From: Candidatus Falkowbacteria bacterium HGW-Falkowbacteria-1
Lineage (GTDB): Bacteria; Patescibacteriota; Patescibacteriia; Patescibacteriales; UBA12465
DNA length: 64,000 nt
Direction of reading: 5' to 3'
Assembly (NCBI GenBank): GCA_002840305.1
Contig: PHAI01000002.1
Location: forward strand, 202,707 to 266,706
The translations under genes and the position numbers were made by a program. The notes under the pieces were generated by a model. That model did not search any database, was not told the origin of the DNA, and saw only the letters and a program-made list of their open reading frames with translations. Shown here piece by piece: positions 36,654 through 46,176 of the stretch; the stretch's first letter is position 1, and the number at the start of each line of letters is the position of its first letter.

Positions 36654-38375
36654 CTACCAACCTCCGCCTCCGCCGCCTCCGCCGCCTCCGCCAGAAGATC
36701 CGCCGCCAGAAGATCCAGAAGAAGATGGAGAAATATTATTAGAAATGCTCCTAGTAACAGAATCGATGCTGGAAATAAAACCATCCAAGCCGGAAGCCGC
36801 CGCCGCTCCAATTAAAAAACTAGGATTATAATTATTTGAGTATTCTTCACTATAAATATCTTTCATTTTCTTCAGCCATTTTTTAGTCATCTTAAATAAA
36901 ATAGCATATGGTAAAAATTTTTCCATAACACCTTCTTTCTCATTAAATTGAGACCGATATTTCTCGGCCGTATTTAGATAAAGCTTAAAACATTTGATTC
37001 TCCAATTGAGCTCCGTCCCCGCCTCCGTTCTTTTGGACATTAAAGAACCAAAGACTATCATCATTACTGCGCAAACAGGCAAAGAAAACAAGGGGAAAAT
37101 AAAAAAAGAAAGAAATAAAAGTAAAAAACCAAAAATAATTAAATATTTTTGAGTATTAAAACTTTTTTTATAAATAAATCCTCGCGAATCCAAATCATCC
37201 AAAACCATTCTTGAAACCTCCTTTATGTAGCTAGGGAAATAAATTTTGAGATCAATAAAAGAAATCTCTGTACCATTATAAAATATTTTTTCTAATAAAT
37301 ATTTTTCACCCAAATAAATATCCTCCGCAATTTTTTTATCAGTGCGAATAAACTTATACTGCAATCCAAATATTTTTATTTGAGACTCTAAAGCCTCGAT
37401 TTTCAAATAACCTTTAACCGCTAAATTCAAAATTGAAGCCGTGATAGCGTCATTATTAAGACCACCGCTACTAATTATTCCACTCATTTCTAGGGGGCTC
37501 AGATTATCTGGAATATCAAATTCAGCAATAATAGTTTTCTTGCCCTTTGGATCCTTGCCATACTTGAGCCACAAACGGTATAGTACAAAGAAAACAAACA
37601 AAATAAGTCCAATATTTATAAACAAAATTAATACAAAAAATTTTTTTACATAATCGCCACCGCTTTTAAGGCTGCCAATATAAGGCGTGACTAAATCTTT
37701 GGGCAAAGTGCTTGAAACGGTTAACCCTGTTCCTATTGGTATTATACGATTGCTTTTAAAAAACAAAGTATTATCATTTAGCCATTCATAGGAGAACGAA
37801 TCGTCATTCTTCTCTCCTAGAGACCCAGAATAATAATACATTTCCGAGCTATCTTTGTTAAAACCATCTGGGAAAATTATTTTAGCCTCAAAGTTGTCTA
37901 TTTCTAAATCCCAAAAATTACCTAGAATATTCCAATACAATTCAGCAAAATTTTCATTTTCAAAGCGGATGGCATTTTGAATTTTATATTTAATTAGATA
38001 TTCGTTTTCTCCTCTAACCTCAACGTTAGCATCTCCTATTTTGAGAACAAGGACGTCTCTTTGTTTTTCTCTTGTATAATTCAACGGGCGACCGAAAAAA
38101 TCACTCACAGATATATTTTCAATTGGAGTCTGAAAATCACCATCAACGGTTTTATAAACCAAAGGTATAGACCTAAAAATACCATGCTTACCACTGGCGC
38201 TACCACAGTCGGCAATTATGTTTTCGCTTACATCCAAAGAAGAATCAGGGTTGACAACGATTTCTATATTGAAATCTTTTATATACCAATAATCAACATT
38301 GGATCTAGCAAAACTACTTTTAGTGAACAGGAGAGAAAAACAAAAAAATATAAAAAATATTAATAGTTTTTTCAT
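36654..38375 (-). CDS. DUF2207-family membrane protein with a poly-Gly/Ser C-terminal tail
   Basis: Signal peptide, large N-terminal extracytoplasmic domain, central TMs, and the tail SSGSSGGGSSGGGGGGGGGGGW. This architecture is what I recall for DUF2207. Confidence 0.7.
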   Translation of the reverse strand: MKKLLIFFIFFCFSLLFTKSSFARSNVDYWYIKDFNIEIVVNPDSSLDVSENIIADCGSASGKHGIFRSIPLVYKTVDGDFQTPIENISVSDFFGRPLNYTREKQRDVLVLKIGDANVEVRGENEYLIKYKIQNAIRFENENFAELYWNILGNFWDLEIDNFEAKIIFPDGFNKDSSEMYYYSGSLGEKNDDSFSYEWLNDNTLFFKSNRIIPIGTGLTVSSTLPKDLVTPYIGSLKSGGDYVKKFFVLILFINIGLILFVFFVLYRLWLKYGKDPKGKKTIIAEFDIPDNLSPLEMSGIISSGGLNNDAITASILNLAVKGYLKIEALESQIKIFGLQYKFIRTDKKIAEDIYLGEKYLLEKIFYNGTEISFIDLKIYFPSYIKEVSRMVLDDLDSRGFIYKKSFNTQKYLIIFGFLLLFLSFFIFPLFSLPVCAVMMIVFGSLMSKRTEAGTELNWRIKCFKLYLNTAEKYRSQFNEKEGVMEKFLPYAILFKMTKKWLKKMKDIYSEEYSNNYNPSFLIGAAAASGLDGFISSIDSVTRSISNNISPSSSGSSGGGSSGGGGGGGGGGGW

Positions 38376-38477
38376 AATTTTAAAAATAAATAAAAATTAC
38401 AATATATCTTTATAATATAACAAAAAAGCTTTAAAAGCAAAGTTCTCTCAAAAATACTAAGCCATGTTAAAATATTT

Positions 38478-38502
38478 GAAAAAAGCACCTCGATTGAGAT
38501 GC
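38478..38502 (-). terminator. Rho-independent terminator after the lipoprotein gene
   Basis: The minus strand reads GCATCTC-aatc-GAGGTGC (one G-U pair) followed by TTTTTTC. Confidence 0.65.
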
Positions 38503-38522
38503 TAAAAATTGTCGAAGCTTGA

Positions 38523-39032
38523 TTATTTCCAAACTTCTTTCAAAAATTCCCTCCAGGCTTCCTCGATAATTTCTACATCTTCATCCGGAATCCGCTCGCC
38601 AAAAGAATTTATCTCATTTTTGTTAATACAAAAACCAAAAAAATGTTCTTGGTCTTTTATTCCGTCGCGGTAAGCCCAAACACTTATCTGGTTTACCACT
38701 CCATTTAATGAAGCTTTACCATCATCATCACGCCTTATAGTCATAAGGGCGTACCTGTTTCCTGCTTTGTCAAAAAAAGTGTACTGATAGTCAGAACATT
38801 CCTCACCCTGAGGAACTACAAACCCTTTTTTTTCAATAAAATCTACCGACTTTTTGAAGTCAATTTCGCTCACAATAATCTGGATCGGAAGATCTTCGGG
38901 TCCTTCGACCATGTCATTCATTAATTCCTCATACTTTTGCTCAACAATATTTTCACCTCCTCCCTGGTTCGAGCAGGATAAAAAAAAGAAACTTGCAAAA
39001 ATCGGAAAAAAAACAAAAAGATACTTTTTCAT
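38523..39032 (-). CDS. Putative lipoprotein (169 aa)
   Basis: Signal peptide with a lipobox-like FFFLSC|SNQGG. No other motif. Confidence 0.6.
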   Translation of the reverse strand: MKKYLFVFFPIFASFFFLSCSNQGGGENIVEQKYEELMNDMVEGPEDLPIQIIVSEIDFKKSVDFIEKKGFVVPQGEECSDYQYTFFDKAGNRYALMTIRRDDDGKASLNGVVNQISVWAYRDGIKDQEHFFGFCINKNEINSFGERIPDEDVEIIEEAWREFLKEVWK

Positions 39033-39111
39033 GACAAAAAATTTTAAAATGAATTTATAAAAGAACTAATTGATAGCAAATATATAACAAATATAAATGT
39101 TTTTGTCAATA

Positions 39112-39681
39112 TTAATAAAGTCCTAAGCCACTCGATTTAAGCTCTTTTCTGACTTCCAAATAATCAGGAATGGTTTGTGCCACTAAGTTCCAAAAACGAC
39201 GAGAATGGTTAAGCTCTCCCAAATGACATAGCTCATGGGTAACAATATAATCAGCCATTTTCTCTGGCAAAAAAAGTATTTTATAATTAAAATTTAAATT
39301 ATTTTTTCTAGAACAACTGCCCCAACAAGTTTTTTGATTCTTAATACTTATCCTATTATACTTAAACTTATATATTTTGTTTATTTCTTCAACTTTATTT
39401 TTTATAAAAACAGCAGCTTCTTTTTTGTGAGTAACATACCTGCTACCGTCATCTCCAAGTATCCTCCCTTTAAACTTTTTAAAATGTTCCAGTTTCTTCA
39501 CGAGCCAGTTTGATTTTTGAACTATAAATCTCTCTACCATGCCGTCGCTAAAACCTCTCGGCCTAGTGACAATAAAATCACCGTCGCAATAGATGGCCAA
39601 ACGCATTCTTCTGGCCCTTTGACTGGTTTTAAGAGTATATTCAATATCCTTATCTTTTATTTTTATTGTTTGTTTTATCAT
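39112..39681 (-). CDS. YgjP-like (DUF45/M48-type) zinc metallohydrolase
   Basis: HELCHLGELNHSRRFW (HExxH...NHS..FW), which is characteristic of the DUF45/YgjP family. Confidence 0.8.
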   Translation of the reverse strand: MIKQTIKIKDKDIEYTLKTSQRARRMRLAIYCDGDFIVTRPRGFSDGMVERFIVQKSNWLVKKLEHFKKFKGRILGDDGSRYVTHKKEAAVFIKNKVEEINKIYKFKYNRISIKNQKTCWGSCSRKNNLNFNYKILFLPEKMADYIVTHELCHLGELNHSRRFWNLVAQTIPDYLEVRKELKSSGLGLY

Positions 39682-39689
39682 CTATTTAT

Positions 39690-40010
39690 TCAAAAACCTA
39701 GACTAATGGTAAAGGGAACAATTCCAAACCCGCAAACAATTCCTATGACAATCGCCAAAATAGCAAATATTAGACCCTTTTCTTTGCTACTATTTATTTG
39801 ACCAAAGGCTACAATTCCCAGGACAGCTCCAACCACGCCAGCCAAATCTAAACCAAAAATCGAAACAAGAGAAAAAATCATGGCCACTACGGCCAACTTA
39901 TTACAAAGAATTTTATCAGGAGCAGATATGTCTATTTCGCCCATGTCACCCTTCGGTCTTTTGGGGTCTGTAATGTTATTAAAATCTTTCATATTAAATT
40001 TTACTTTCAA
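39690..40010 (-). CDS. Small Gly-rich 2-TM membrane protein (DUF4190-like)
   Basis: VVAMIFSLVSIFGLDLAGVVGAVLGIVAFGQI...GLIFAILAIVIGIVCG. Family assignment is tentative. Confidence 0.45.
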   Translation of the reverse strand: MKVKFNMKDFNNITDPKRPKGDMGEIDISAPDKILCNKLAVVAMIFSLVSIFGLDLAGVVGAVLGIVAFGQINSSKEKGLIFAILAIVIGIVCGFGIVPFTISLGF

Positions 40011-40390
40011 TTTTTATGAATTCCGTGTTTCTCAATTATTTCTTTATTTTCAACGAGATTAAAAACTTCTTTCTTCGAAATTAAATCATCATTTTTTATT
40101 CTCTCTAAATCAAACTTATTCTCAATAGATTCAATCAATCGCTTATCGTCTACAAGATTAACTAGCTCGGCAAAAATATTAGCGTTTTCGTCCTTCCAAT
40201 TTTTATTTAAAATCAGATTATTCAAGGCATCCAAAATAATAACCTCCCTATTTTTTAAATCCACGCCGTTTTTAGAATCATTTTTATAATAATCCTTAAC
40301 AAGCTTATGAGCCTCAATTAACAAATCCTCTTGATTGGTAATTTTGTCTATTTTTGAAATTTCCTCTCTACCAAAATTCATTTTTTCCAT
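40007..40390 (-). CDS. Hypothetical protein (127 aa)
   Basis: ORF with a 4-nt overlap (ATGA) onto the downstream gene. No motif recognised. Confidence 0.5.
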   Translation of the reverse strand: MEKMNFGREEISKIDKITNQEDLLIEAHKLVKDYYKNDSKNGVDLKNREVIILDALNNLILNKNWKDENANIFAELVNLVDDKRLIESIENKFDLERIKNDDLISKKEVFNLVENKEIIEKHGIHKN

Positions 40391-40533
40391 ATTTTTATTA
40401 TCTTACCAAAACTACATAGGCGCACACTATGTATAATAAAGCACCATAAAGTAACAAGGTAAGTCTATTAATTATGCAATCAAAACAACCCCTAATAGTA
40501 ATCACTCCTTTGGTGATATACAAATCTCAAATA

Positions 40534-41223
40534 TTATATTTCATAAATAACATCCTTTCTTTCAATAACCACTTCCCAACCAGAAAGCTTGGCCTGCGAA
40601 TAAAGTTTGGCATTGGGGTTGAAACAAATTGGACGCTCTACCATTTGAAGTAATGTAATATCACCCTCTGAATCGCCAACACCGACAGAACCAGTAAGAA
40701 CCAAATTTTCTTTTTCAATCACCCGTTTTAAAATCTTAGACTTGTCAGAAATAAGCTCCAAATAAAGGGTCTCTCCCGTAAATTCATTATTTTCATCTAC
40801 CTCATAATCCCTACCATAAACCTTATCAAACCCCCAGTCACGACAAAAATCCTGAACAATTGCTTTTGGCGAATGAGAGATAGCCAACAAATAATAATTA
40901 TCTTTATCTAATTTTTTAATCAAATCTCGAGTATAGCGATAAACTCTGTCCTTGTTGTCTGCAACAACTTGTTTAGCTATTTCTATAAAAGCATTATTAT
41001 TTATTCCTTTAATATTTTTTTCAAAGGCTACAACCACGGCGCTAATATAATCCTCATAAGAGCCTCGACGATTGAACCAATCTTTATAAGCCCTAATGTA
41101 TGTATCTCTAATATTTTCCGGAAATAGTCCCTCGACAACCAAAGCCTCTACTAATTCAATTAACAGGCTAGACCGGAAGATTGTACCGTCAATATCAAAT
41201 ATGGCAATTTTATTCTTTTTCAT
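40534..41223 (-). CDS. HAD-IB family hydrolase (phosphoserine phosphatase-like)
   Basis: IAIFDIDGTIF (motif I), ISHSP (motif II) and GVGDSEGDITLL (motif IV). Confidence 0.8.
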   Translation of the reverse strand: MKKNKIAIFDIDGTIFRSSLLIELVEALVVEGLFPENIRDTYIRAYKDWFNRRGSYEDYISAVVVAFEKNIKGINNNAFIEIAKQVVADNKDRVYRYTRDLIKKLDKDNYYLLAISHSPKAIVQDFCRDWGFDKVYGRDYEVDENNEFTGETLYLELISDKSKILKRVIEKENLVLTGSVGVGDSEGDITLLQMVERPICFNPNAKLYSQAKLSGWEVVIERKDVIYEI

Positions 41224-41301
41224 ATGTTTTTTATTTTATTATAGCCTATTTTACAACGAAAATCAAACAAAGAACAAAAAAATAAAAAAATGAACCTAAA
41301 C

Positions 41302-41330
41302 GTTGACATTTATTTAAAAATGTGACACAA
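41302..41330 (+). promoter_or_regulatory. Candidate promoter with an extended -10 (TTGACA-17-[TGa]CACAAT)
   Basis: TTGACA at 41302-41307 and CACAAT at 41325-41330, preceded by TG at 41322-41323. This leaves a leader of about 140 nt before the ATG at 41473. Confidence 0.45.
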
Positions 41331-41472
41331 TGCAAAGTTCGATCATTAAAAACCCATCTTCCAGACATGTTATGTTTTCCGATAAATTTAGTTTGGATTA
41401 ATTACTAAGTTCATATAAAATGTGTGCTTAATAATTAACCCAAATTATTTTTTTAACTTAAAACAAAACACC

Positions 41473-42045
41473 ATGAAGAAAATCATTAAAATGGCGCTGT
41501 GTCTATTCAATGATCCTCAAAAAGAGATCAAGAACGACAAAAGGTTCGGTGACCTAATGTATCAGATGCTGAAAATCCAGGAAATAGACAACAAGGTTTG
41601 GGCAATGGTAGCTTTACTTAAAAAAATAGCCGTTATCCGAGATAATGGTGGTTTTTCTAAACTAATTATCAGCCTAAAGAAAAGGAACCATGGCCAACTC
41701 AATGAAATTATAAAATCTCTCGAAACAATTCAAGAGCACATTGAAAGGGCTGGAAGAAATAGAAAAGGAATAAACAGGACAAATCGCGGAGAAGAAGTCA
41801 CCACGGATAAAGTATTTTTTGGAAAAATTTTTGGTCTACCTATCCAAACAGCATCTTATTGGTTAGAGCGACAAGAAATTATGAAGAAAGAAATCCGAGA
41901 AGACTTAAAAGACGACTTTGTCAAAACAGTTACTAATTGGACCTGCATCAACAACCAGGCCGGTAATTTTGTAACTTGTCACGCAGGAGGAATTCTGAAA
42001 GAACTTGAAAAAATTAAAATTTTTTCAGAAAAAAACAATAACTGA
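41473..42045 (+). CDS. Hypothetical protein (190 aa from the ATG; a GTG at 41422 is an alternative start)
   Basis: ORF followed by a strong terminator. No motif recognised. The start codon is uncertain and neither candidate has a Shine-Dalgarno sequence. Confidence 0.55.
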   Translation: MKKIIKMALCLFNDPQKEIKNDKRFGDLMYQMLKIQEIDNKVWAMVALLKKIAVIRDNGGFSKLIISLKKRNHGQLNEIIKSLETIQEHIERAGRNRKGINRTNRGEEVTTDKVFFGKIFGLPIQTASYWLERQEIMKKEIREDLKDDFVKTVTNWTCINNQAGNFVTCHAGGILKELEKIKIFSEKNNN

Positions 42046-42063
42046 AATAGTTAAAATGCAAAC

Positions 42064-42093
42064 GGGGAGTCCAAAAACAGACTCCCCTTTTTT
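42064..42093 (+). terminator. Rho-independent terminator
   Basis: GGGGAGTC-caaaaaca-GACTCCCC followed by TTTTTT. The T-run overlaps the stop codon of the convergent GIY-YIG gene. Confidence 0.85.
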
Positions 42094-42352
42094 ATAAAAA
42101 ATTTTTCAAATTATATAGTATTTTTTTTTGCTCTTTTTTTAATTTTTTTATTTTAGCTTCTTCAATTAAGGCTTCCGATCTATTTTTAAATTCTTTTTGA
42201 TATATTAATTCCAAAGGACGACGATAGGCGGTATATTTCGCGCCCTTTTTACTGTTATTGTGCTCCTTTAAACGGCGCTCTATATCAGTTGTAATTCCAG
42301 TATAAAGCGAGCCGTCAGAACATTTTAATATGTATAAATAATAAGGCTTCAT
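42092..42352 (-). CDS. GIY-YIG nuclease superfamily protein (UPF0213-like, 86 aa)
   Basis: YYLYILKCSDGSLYTGITTDIERRLKEHN...GAKYT is the GIY-x(10)-YTG...R...H/E..N pattern. Confidence 0.85.
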   Translation of the reverse strand: MKPYYLYILKCSDGSLYTGITTDIERRLKEHNNSKKGAKYTAYRRPLELIYQKEFKNRSEALIEEAKIKKLKKEQKKILYNLKNFL

Positions 42353-42360
42353 TTAAAAAA

Positions 42361-43269
42361 TTATTTACTCCTTAAAATATTAATTCTATCGAATGATTCC
42401 GAACCGATTCTCCTGAATCTTTTATTAATAAACTTAAAATTGTTAATTTCATTAATACTCTTAATAATTTCGAACCTAGATGCCGGCGGAATTAATCTCT
42501 GGCTTTTATAAATACTAGGAGAATAGGAATAATAGAAAAAAACACCATCCTTGTTTACTTTTTTATTAATTTTTCTACTTACATCAACTAAGACATTTAA
42601 AACATTCTCCTCCTCGGTTTTACCAGTTAAATAATTTAAAACATTAGATAAATTAATAATATCAAAACCTCCTTTTAGTTTTTTGCAAGTTAGGATATCG
42701 TTAACATCTAATTGCAAAAATTGAATTTTTCTATTTTGAACTATTTCTCTGCACTTCAAATATTCCTTTTCATTCTTTAGATAATAATTAATGTCAGAAG
42801 CTAAAACATCGAACATCGAGCGTTGACGGAAATAATCTGATTTAATCAATTTCTTTCCTTTGTAATCGAATTCTTTGTAAAGTTTATCAAAAAAATTTCT
42901 GGTTTTTACAGATAAAAAAACTTTTAATTTATTGTAAAGACCAAATTCTAAACTTCCATCAATTAAGTTAGAACCAAAAAAATTAATAAACTCTAAATAA
43001 TTCAATTTATTAATAGCGGTCAACTTTAAATCTAGTATGAAGAAAGAATTGTAATTAATATCAAAAGCAACCACCTCTCTAGCTCCAAAATAAAAAGCAT
43101 TAATAATTTGGTCACCTGAACCACAAATACTCAAGACTCTTTTCCCTTCTAAATTTAAACAACTGTAATAATCGGAAACCATTTCAGTGGCATAAATATA
43201 CATTGGAGACCTGCTAGTCATTTTATCATGAGCTGGCTTTATCGTTTTTTTTATTTTCATATTGCTCAC
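42361..43269 (-). CDS. DUF3419/BtaA-like SAM-dependent methyltransferase-fold protein
   Basis: KRVLSICGSGDQIINAFYFGAREVVAFDINYNSFFILDLKLTAINKLNYLEFINFFG parallels the DUF3419 N-terminal block as I recall it. This needs an HMM check. Confidence 0.55.
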   Translation of the reverse strand: MSNMKIKKTIKPAHDKMTSRSPMYIYATEMVSDYYSCLNLEGKRVLSICGSGDQIINAFYFGAREVVAFDINYNSFFILDLKLTAINKLNYLEFINFFGSNLIDGSLEFGLYNKLKVFLSVKTRNFFDKLYKEFDYKGKKLIKSDYFRQRSMFDVLASDINYYLKNEKEYLKCREIVQNRKIQFLQLDVNDILTCKKLKGGFDIINLSNVLNYLTGKTEEENVLNVLVDVSRKINKKVNKDGVFFYYSYSPSIYKSQRLIPPASRFEIIKSINEINNFKFINKRFRRIGSESFDRINILRSK

Positions 43270-43379
43270 ATAATTTTATCAATAAATAAGCACTTACATT
43301 ATAATCTATTTAAAATAAAAATAGAAACTAATAAAAAAGCCGTTGACTAAAAACAACGGCTTAAAACTTTGAAAATTTA

Positions 43380-44894
43380 CTAAACAAAAATAGTTTCTGA
43401 TCTTTCTGGACCAGTTGAAACTATTCTAGGGTTCATACCGGTCTCAAGCGAAATAAAATCTATTATCTGTCTTAACTCACTCGGCAAAGAACCAAAGGTA
43501 CTAATGCCTTTTAGGCTTTGCTTCCAGCCAGGAAATTCTTGATAAATTGGTTGGCAATGTTCCAAGACATCGCTCAAAATAATTGCTTCGTCAATTTTGC
43601 ATCCCGTTTTTAAAATACTTGAGCCATATTGATAATCTGGGCCAACATATTTGTAGGCGGTACAAATCTTTATTGTCTCGCAATCATTTAAAACATCAAC
43701 TTTAGTCAAGATTGTGTCTGGACCAGAATATATTAGGGCATGTCTCAAAAGAACTAGATCCAACCAACCAGTACGTCGCGGTCTTTTTGTGGTTTTCCCA
43801 TACTCATTGCCAGCCCTTCGAATGGCAACTCCCTGAGAAAACTCACCTGCATCATTTACCGAGGCTTGGAAAAAATTTTCATCCTCAGTTTCACGGCTTG
43901 ACCATCCATTATTACACCATTTTTCAGACTCATCGCCTCCCATTTCAGTCGGAAATGGGCCGCCACCAACTCTGGTTATATAAGGTGCCTTAACTATTCC
44001 TAAAGACAAACCAACATCTTCTGGATTAAGACCAGCACCTTTGGCTAGGCCAGCAACCGTGCAATCTGAAGCGGTAACATATGGATAAGTGCCATGATCA
44101 ATGCTAAGCAGTGCCCCCTGAGCACCTTCCAATAAAATCATTAATCTACCAACCGCTTGTCTGACAAAACTATCAGTGTCAGTAATTAAATCTTTTAATT
44201 CCTTGCCATAAGCCAAATATTTTTCAATAATTGCATCAACATCAAAAATGTTTTTGGCATTATAATAAATACCGCTTTCCAAATATTCCTGTTGAAAAAT
44301 ATTCTCAACAAGCCAGGGATCATAAGTTTTAAGTAAACGAGTTTTGTCCAACAAATTCTCTCTCAATTTTTTGACAAAAATGTCGGGATTAAGCAAGTGA
44401 TTCATTATTAAACCGGTACGATTATAATGATCAACGTAAGCTGGACCAATTCCTTTGCCAGTCGTACCAATCTTGCCGGCGCCACTGCTACTTTCCTTAA
44501 GTCTGTCAACCAAAATATGCTGCGGTAAGATTAATTTAGCATTGAGAGCAATTCTCAAGTAATCGTAACTTAGGCCCATTTTTTTTAAGGACTCAATCTC
44601 CCCAATTAATGCCCTCGGATTAACAACGGTACCACTACCAATAATGTTATGCTTACCAAAAGAATCATACAAGATACCCGAGGGAAGAAGATGGGTAACC
44701 AATTCCTTGGTCTCGCCAAGCTCATCCTTCCAACAAATTGTATGACCAGCGTTATCACCACCGGTTCCACGTACAATTATGTCAGCAAACTCAGCAAATA
44801 AATCAGCAAACTTGCCCTTACCAGTGTCTCCCCACTGATTACAGGTAACGGCCACAACTTTGTGTAGCTCCAATAAACTTCTTATCTCTTCCAT
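43380..44894 (-). CDS. purA: Adenylosuccinate synthetase, long form (504 aa) with internal insertions
   Basis: NQWGDTGKGKFADLF, GTTGKGIGPAY, TTKRPRRTGWLD and TKVDVL motifs. Confidence 0.93.
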   Translation of the reverse strand: MEEIRSLLELHKVVAVTCNQWGDTGKGKFADLFAEFADIIVRGTGGDNAGHTICWKDELGETKELVTHLLPSGILYDSFGKHNIIGSGTVVNPRALIGEIESLKKMGLSYDYLRIALNAKLILPQHILVDRLKESSSGAGKIGTTGKGIGPAYVDHYNRTGLIMNHLLNPDIFVKKLRENLLDKTRLLKTYDPWLVENIFQQEYLESGIYYNAKNIFDVDAIIEKYLAYGKELKDLITDTDSFVRQAVGRLMILLEGAQGALLSIDHGTYPYVTASDCTVAGLAKGAGLNPEDVGLSLGIVKAPYITRVGGGPFPTEMGGDESEKWCNNGWSSRETEDENFFQASVNDAGEFSQGVAIRRAGNEYGKTTKRPRRTGWLDLVLLRHALIYSGPDTILTKVDVLNDCETIKICTAYKYVGPDYQYGSSILKTGCKIDEAIILSDVLEHCQPIYQEFPGWKQSLKGISTFGSLPSELRQIIDFISLETGMNPRIVSTGPERSETIFV

Positions 44895-44958
44895 ATTTTA
44901 GTCCTTTCTTTACTTTTGTTGTTAAAAAACTAATTAATTTAATAAATATTGACCTTTT

Positions 44959-44987
44959 ATTCTAGTTTAGGATAAAAATAAAGTCAA
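44959..44987 (-). promoter_or_regulatory. purA promoter candidate (TTGACT-17-TAGAAT)
   Basis: -35 at 44987-44982 and -10 at 44964-44959 on the minus strand. It lies downstream of the rdgB terminator and about 65 nt upstream of the purA ATG. Confidence 0.55.
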
Positions 44988-45019
44988 GGCTCAATCTTCC
45001 TCAAAAAAATGTTTTTATC

Positions 45020-45047
45020 AAAAAAAAATGAGCCAAAAATCGGCTCA
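45020..45047 (-). terminator. Rho-independent terminator after rdgB
   Basis: The minus strand reads TGAGCC-gattttt-GGCTCA followed by TTTTTTTT. Confidence 0.7.
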
Positions 45048-45086
45048 CTTATTTTTCAAAATTAAAAATAATGGAAAAATATTCTT

Positions 45087-45701
45087 TTATTTTTTTAAAT
45101 ATTCATTCAAAACTTTGATTGCTTTCTTAAACGCTTTGCCTCGATGATTTATGGCTATTAACTCTTCGTGGTCAAGCTCGGCATTGGTTTTTTGATAATC
45201 AAACTCTTTGGCTAAAAATATTGGAGCATAACCGAAGCTCTTCTCCCCTTTCGGTTCCAAGGCAATTTTTCCTTGCCAAGTACCAAAAACAGTATCAACG
45301 AATTTTGTTTGTGGGTCATAAATTGCTACAGTGCAATTATAATGGCAAGTCCTTATTTCTACGCCACTCATCTCTTCTATGATTTTTAAATAATTAGCCT
45401 GATCAGTTCCCTCTTCGGAATACCTAGCAGAATAAACTCCTGGCCGACCATTCAGAGCATCAACGCAAAAGCCGCTGTCGTCAGCTAAAACAATCATTTT
45501 CATAAGTTCGCCAGAAACAATAGCCTTAATCAAAGCATTACCTTCAAAACTTTTGGCGTTCTCTAGTATTTTTAAATCTTTAAATTCTTCTGGAAAATCA
45601 AACAAAAACTTAAGATCAAAATCAGTATCTTTAAAAATTTCTTTAATTTCTTTTGCCTTTCCTCTATTAGCAGTGGCTATCAATATACTTTTATTATTCA
45701 T
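45087..45701 (-). CDS. rdgB: Non-canonical purine NTP pyrophosphatase (RdgB/HAM1 family)
   Basis: ILIATANRGKAKEIKEIF...DDSGFCVDALNGRPGVYSARY...HRGKAF. Confidence 0.9.
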   Translation of the reverse strand: MNNKSILIATANRGKAKEIKEIFKDTDFDLKFLFDFPEEFKDLKILENAKSFEGNALIKAIVSGELMKMIVLADDSGFCVDALNGRPGVYSARYSEEGTDQANYLKIIEEMSGVEIRTCHYNCTVAIYDPQTKFVDTVFGTWQGKIALEPKGEKSFGYAPIFLAKEFDYQKTNAELDHEELIAINHRGKAFKKAIKVLNEYLKK

Positions 45702-45716
45702 TGTTTTAAAATTAAA

Positions 45717-46058
45717 CTAAATTATATTTTCCCATTGTTCAGGATAAAATGCTGGGCTAGTGGAAATAACTAATTTTAAATTGTCAGCCTCAATATAATA
45801 CTCTTGACCAATATTAATATGAAGAACATCTCCCTCGTTTATAATACAAGATTTATCATCGACATAGACTTTGGCCGAACCAGATAAAACATAATAAACC
45901 TCATGGCAAACATTATTTTTCATTAAACCATTGTCAGGAATACGACCGTTTAATTCTGATACTGCTACGCCTAGACTTTTATTATAATCTTTATACTCAT
46001 AAACAAATCCTTCTTTAGCTATTTGCTTTTTGATTGCTTGTGATTTTTTAATAAGCAT
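45717..46058 (-). CDS. Cupin-domain protein (113 aa)
   Basis: Its size and beta-rich pattern (HEVYYVLSGSAKVYVDDKSCIINEGDVLHI) fit a single cupin barrel. Confidence 0.6.
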   Translation of the reverse strand: MLIKKSQAIKKQIAKEGFVYEYKDYNKSLGVAVSELNGRIPDNGLMKNNVCHEVYYVLSGSAKVYVDDKSCIINEGDVLHINIGQEYYIEADNLKLVISTSPAFYPEQWENII

Positions 46059-46142
46059 TTTAAACTAACTTTAGATTAATAAAATTATGTTCTAATTATA
46101 AACCATTTTTGTTCATATATCAACCGAGTTTCTCCTTTTTTT

Positions 46143-46176
46143 ATATAAAAAAACCGGATTTTATTGAAACCCGGTT
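46143..46176 (-). terminator. Candidate terminator overlapping the stop of the 46161..46619 ORF
   Basis: The minus strand reads AACCGG-(13-nt loop)-CCGGTT followed by TTTTTAT. The stem is short and the loop is large. Confidence 0.4.

Noticed and set aside
36660-36720. GGN/TCN simple-sequence repeat (cctccgccgcctccgcc...) considered as a possible non-coding repeat or contingency locus.
   Set aside because: It is in frame and encodes the Gly/Ser-rich tail typical of DUF2207 proteins. The repeat units are trinucleotides, so slippage would not shift the frame.
36626-36811. N-terminal 62 codons of the ORF-track entry 35336..36811 (MERRRLPAWM...AEAAEAAEAE...).
   Set aside because: This part is the antisense reading of the poly-Gly/Ser codon repeat at the 3' end of the DUF2207 gene. 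The flavoprotein's dinucleotide-binding motif (VAVIGGGPSG) begins right after the ATG at 36625, which is the sensible start.
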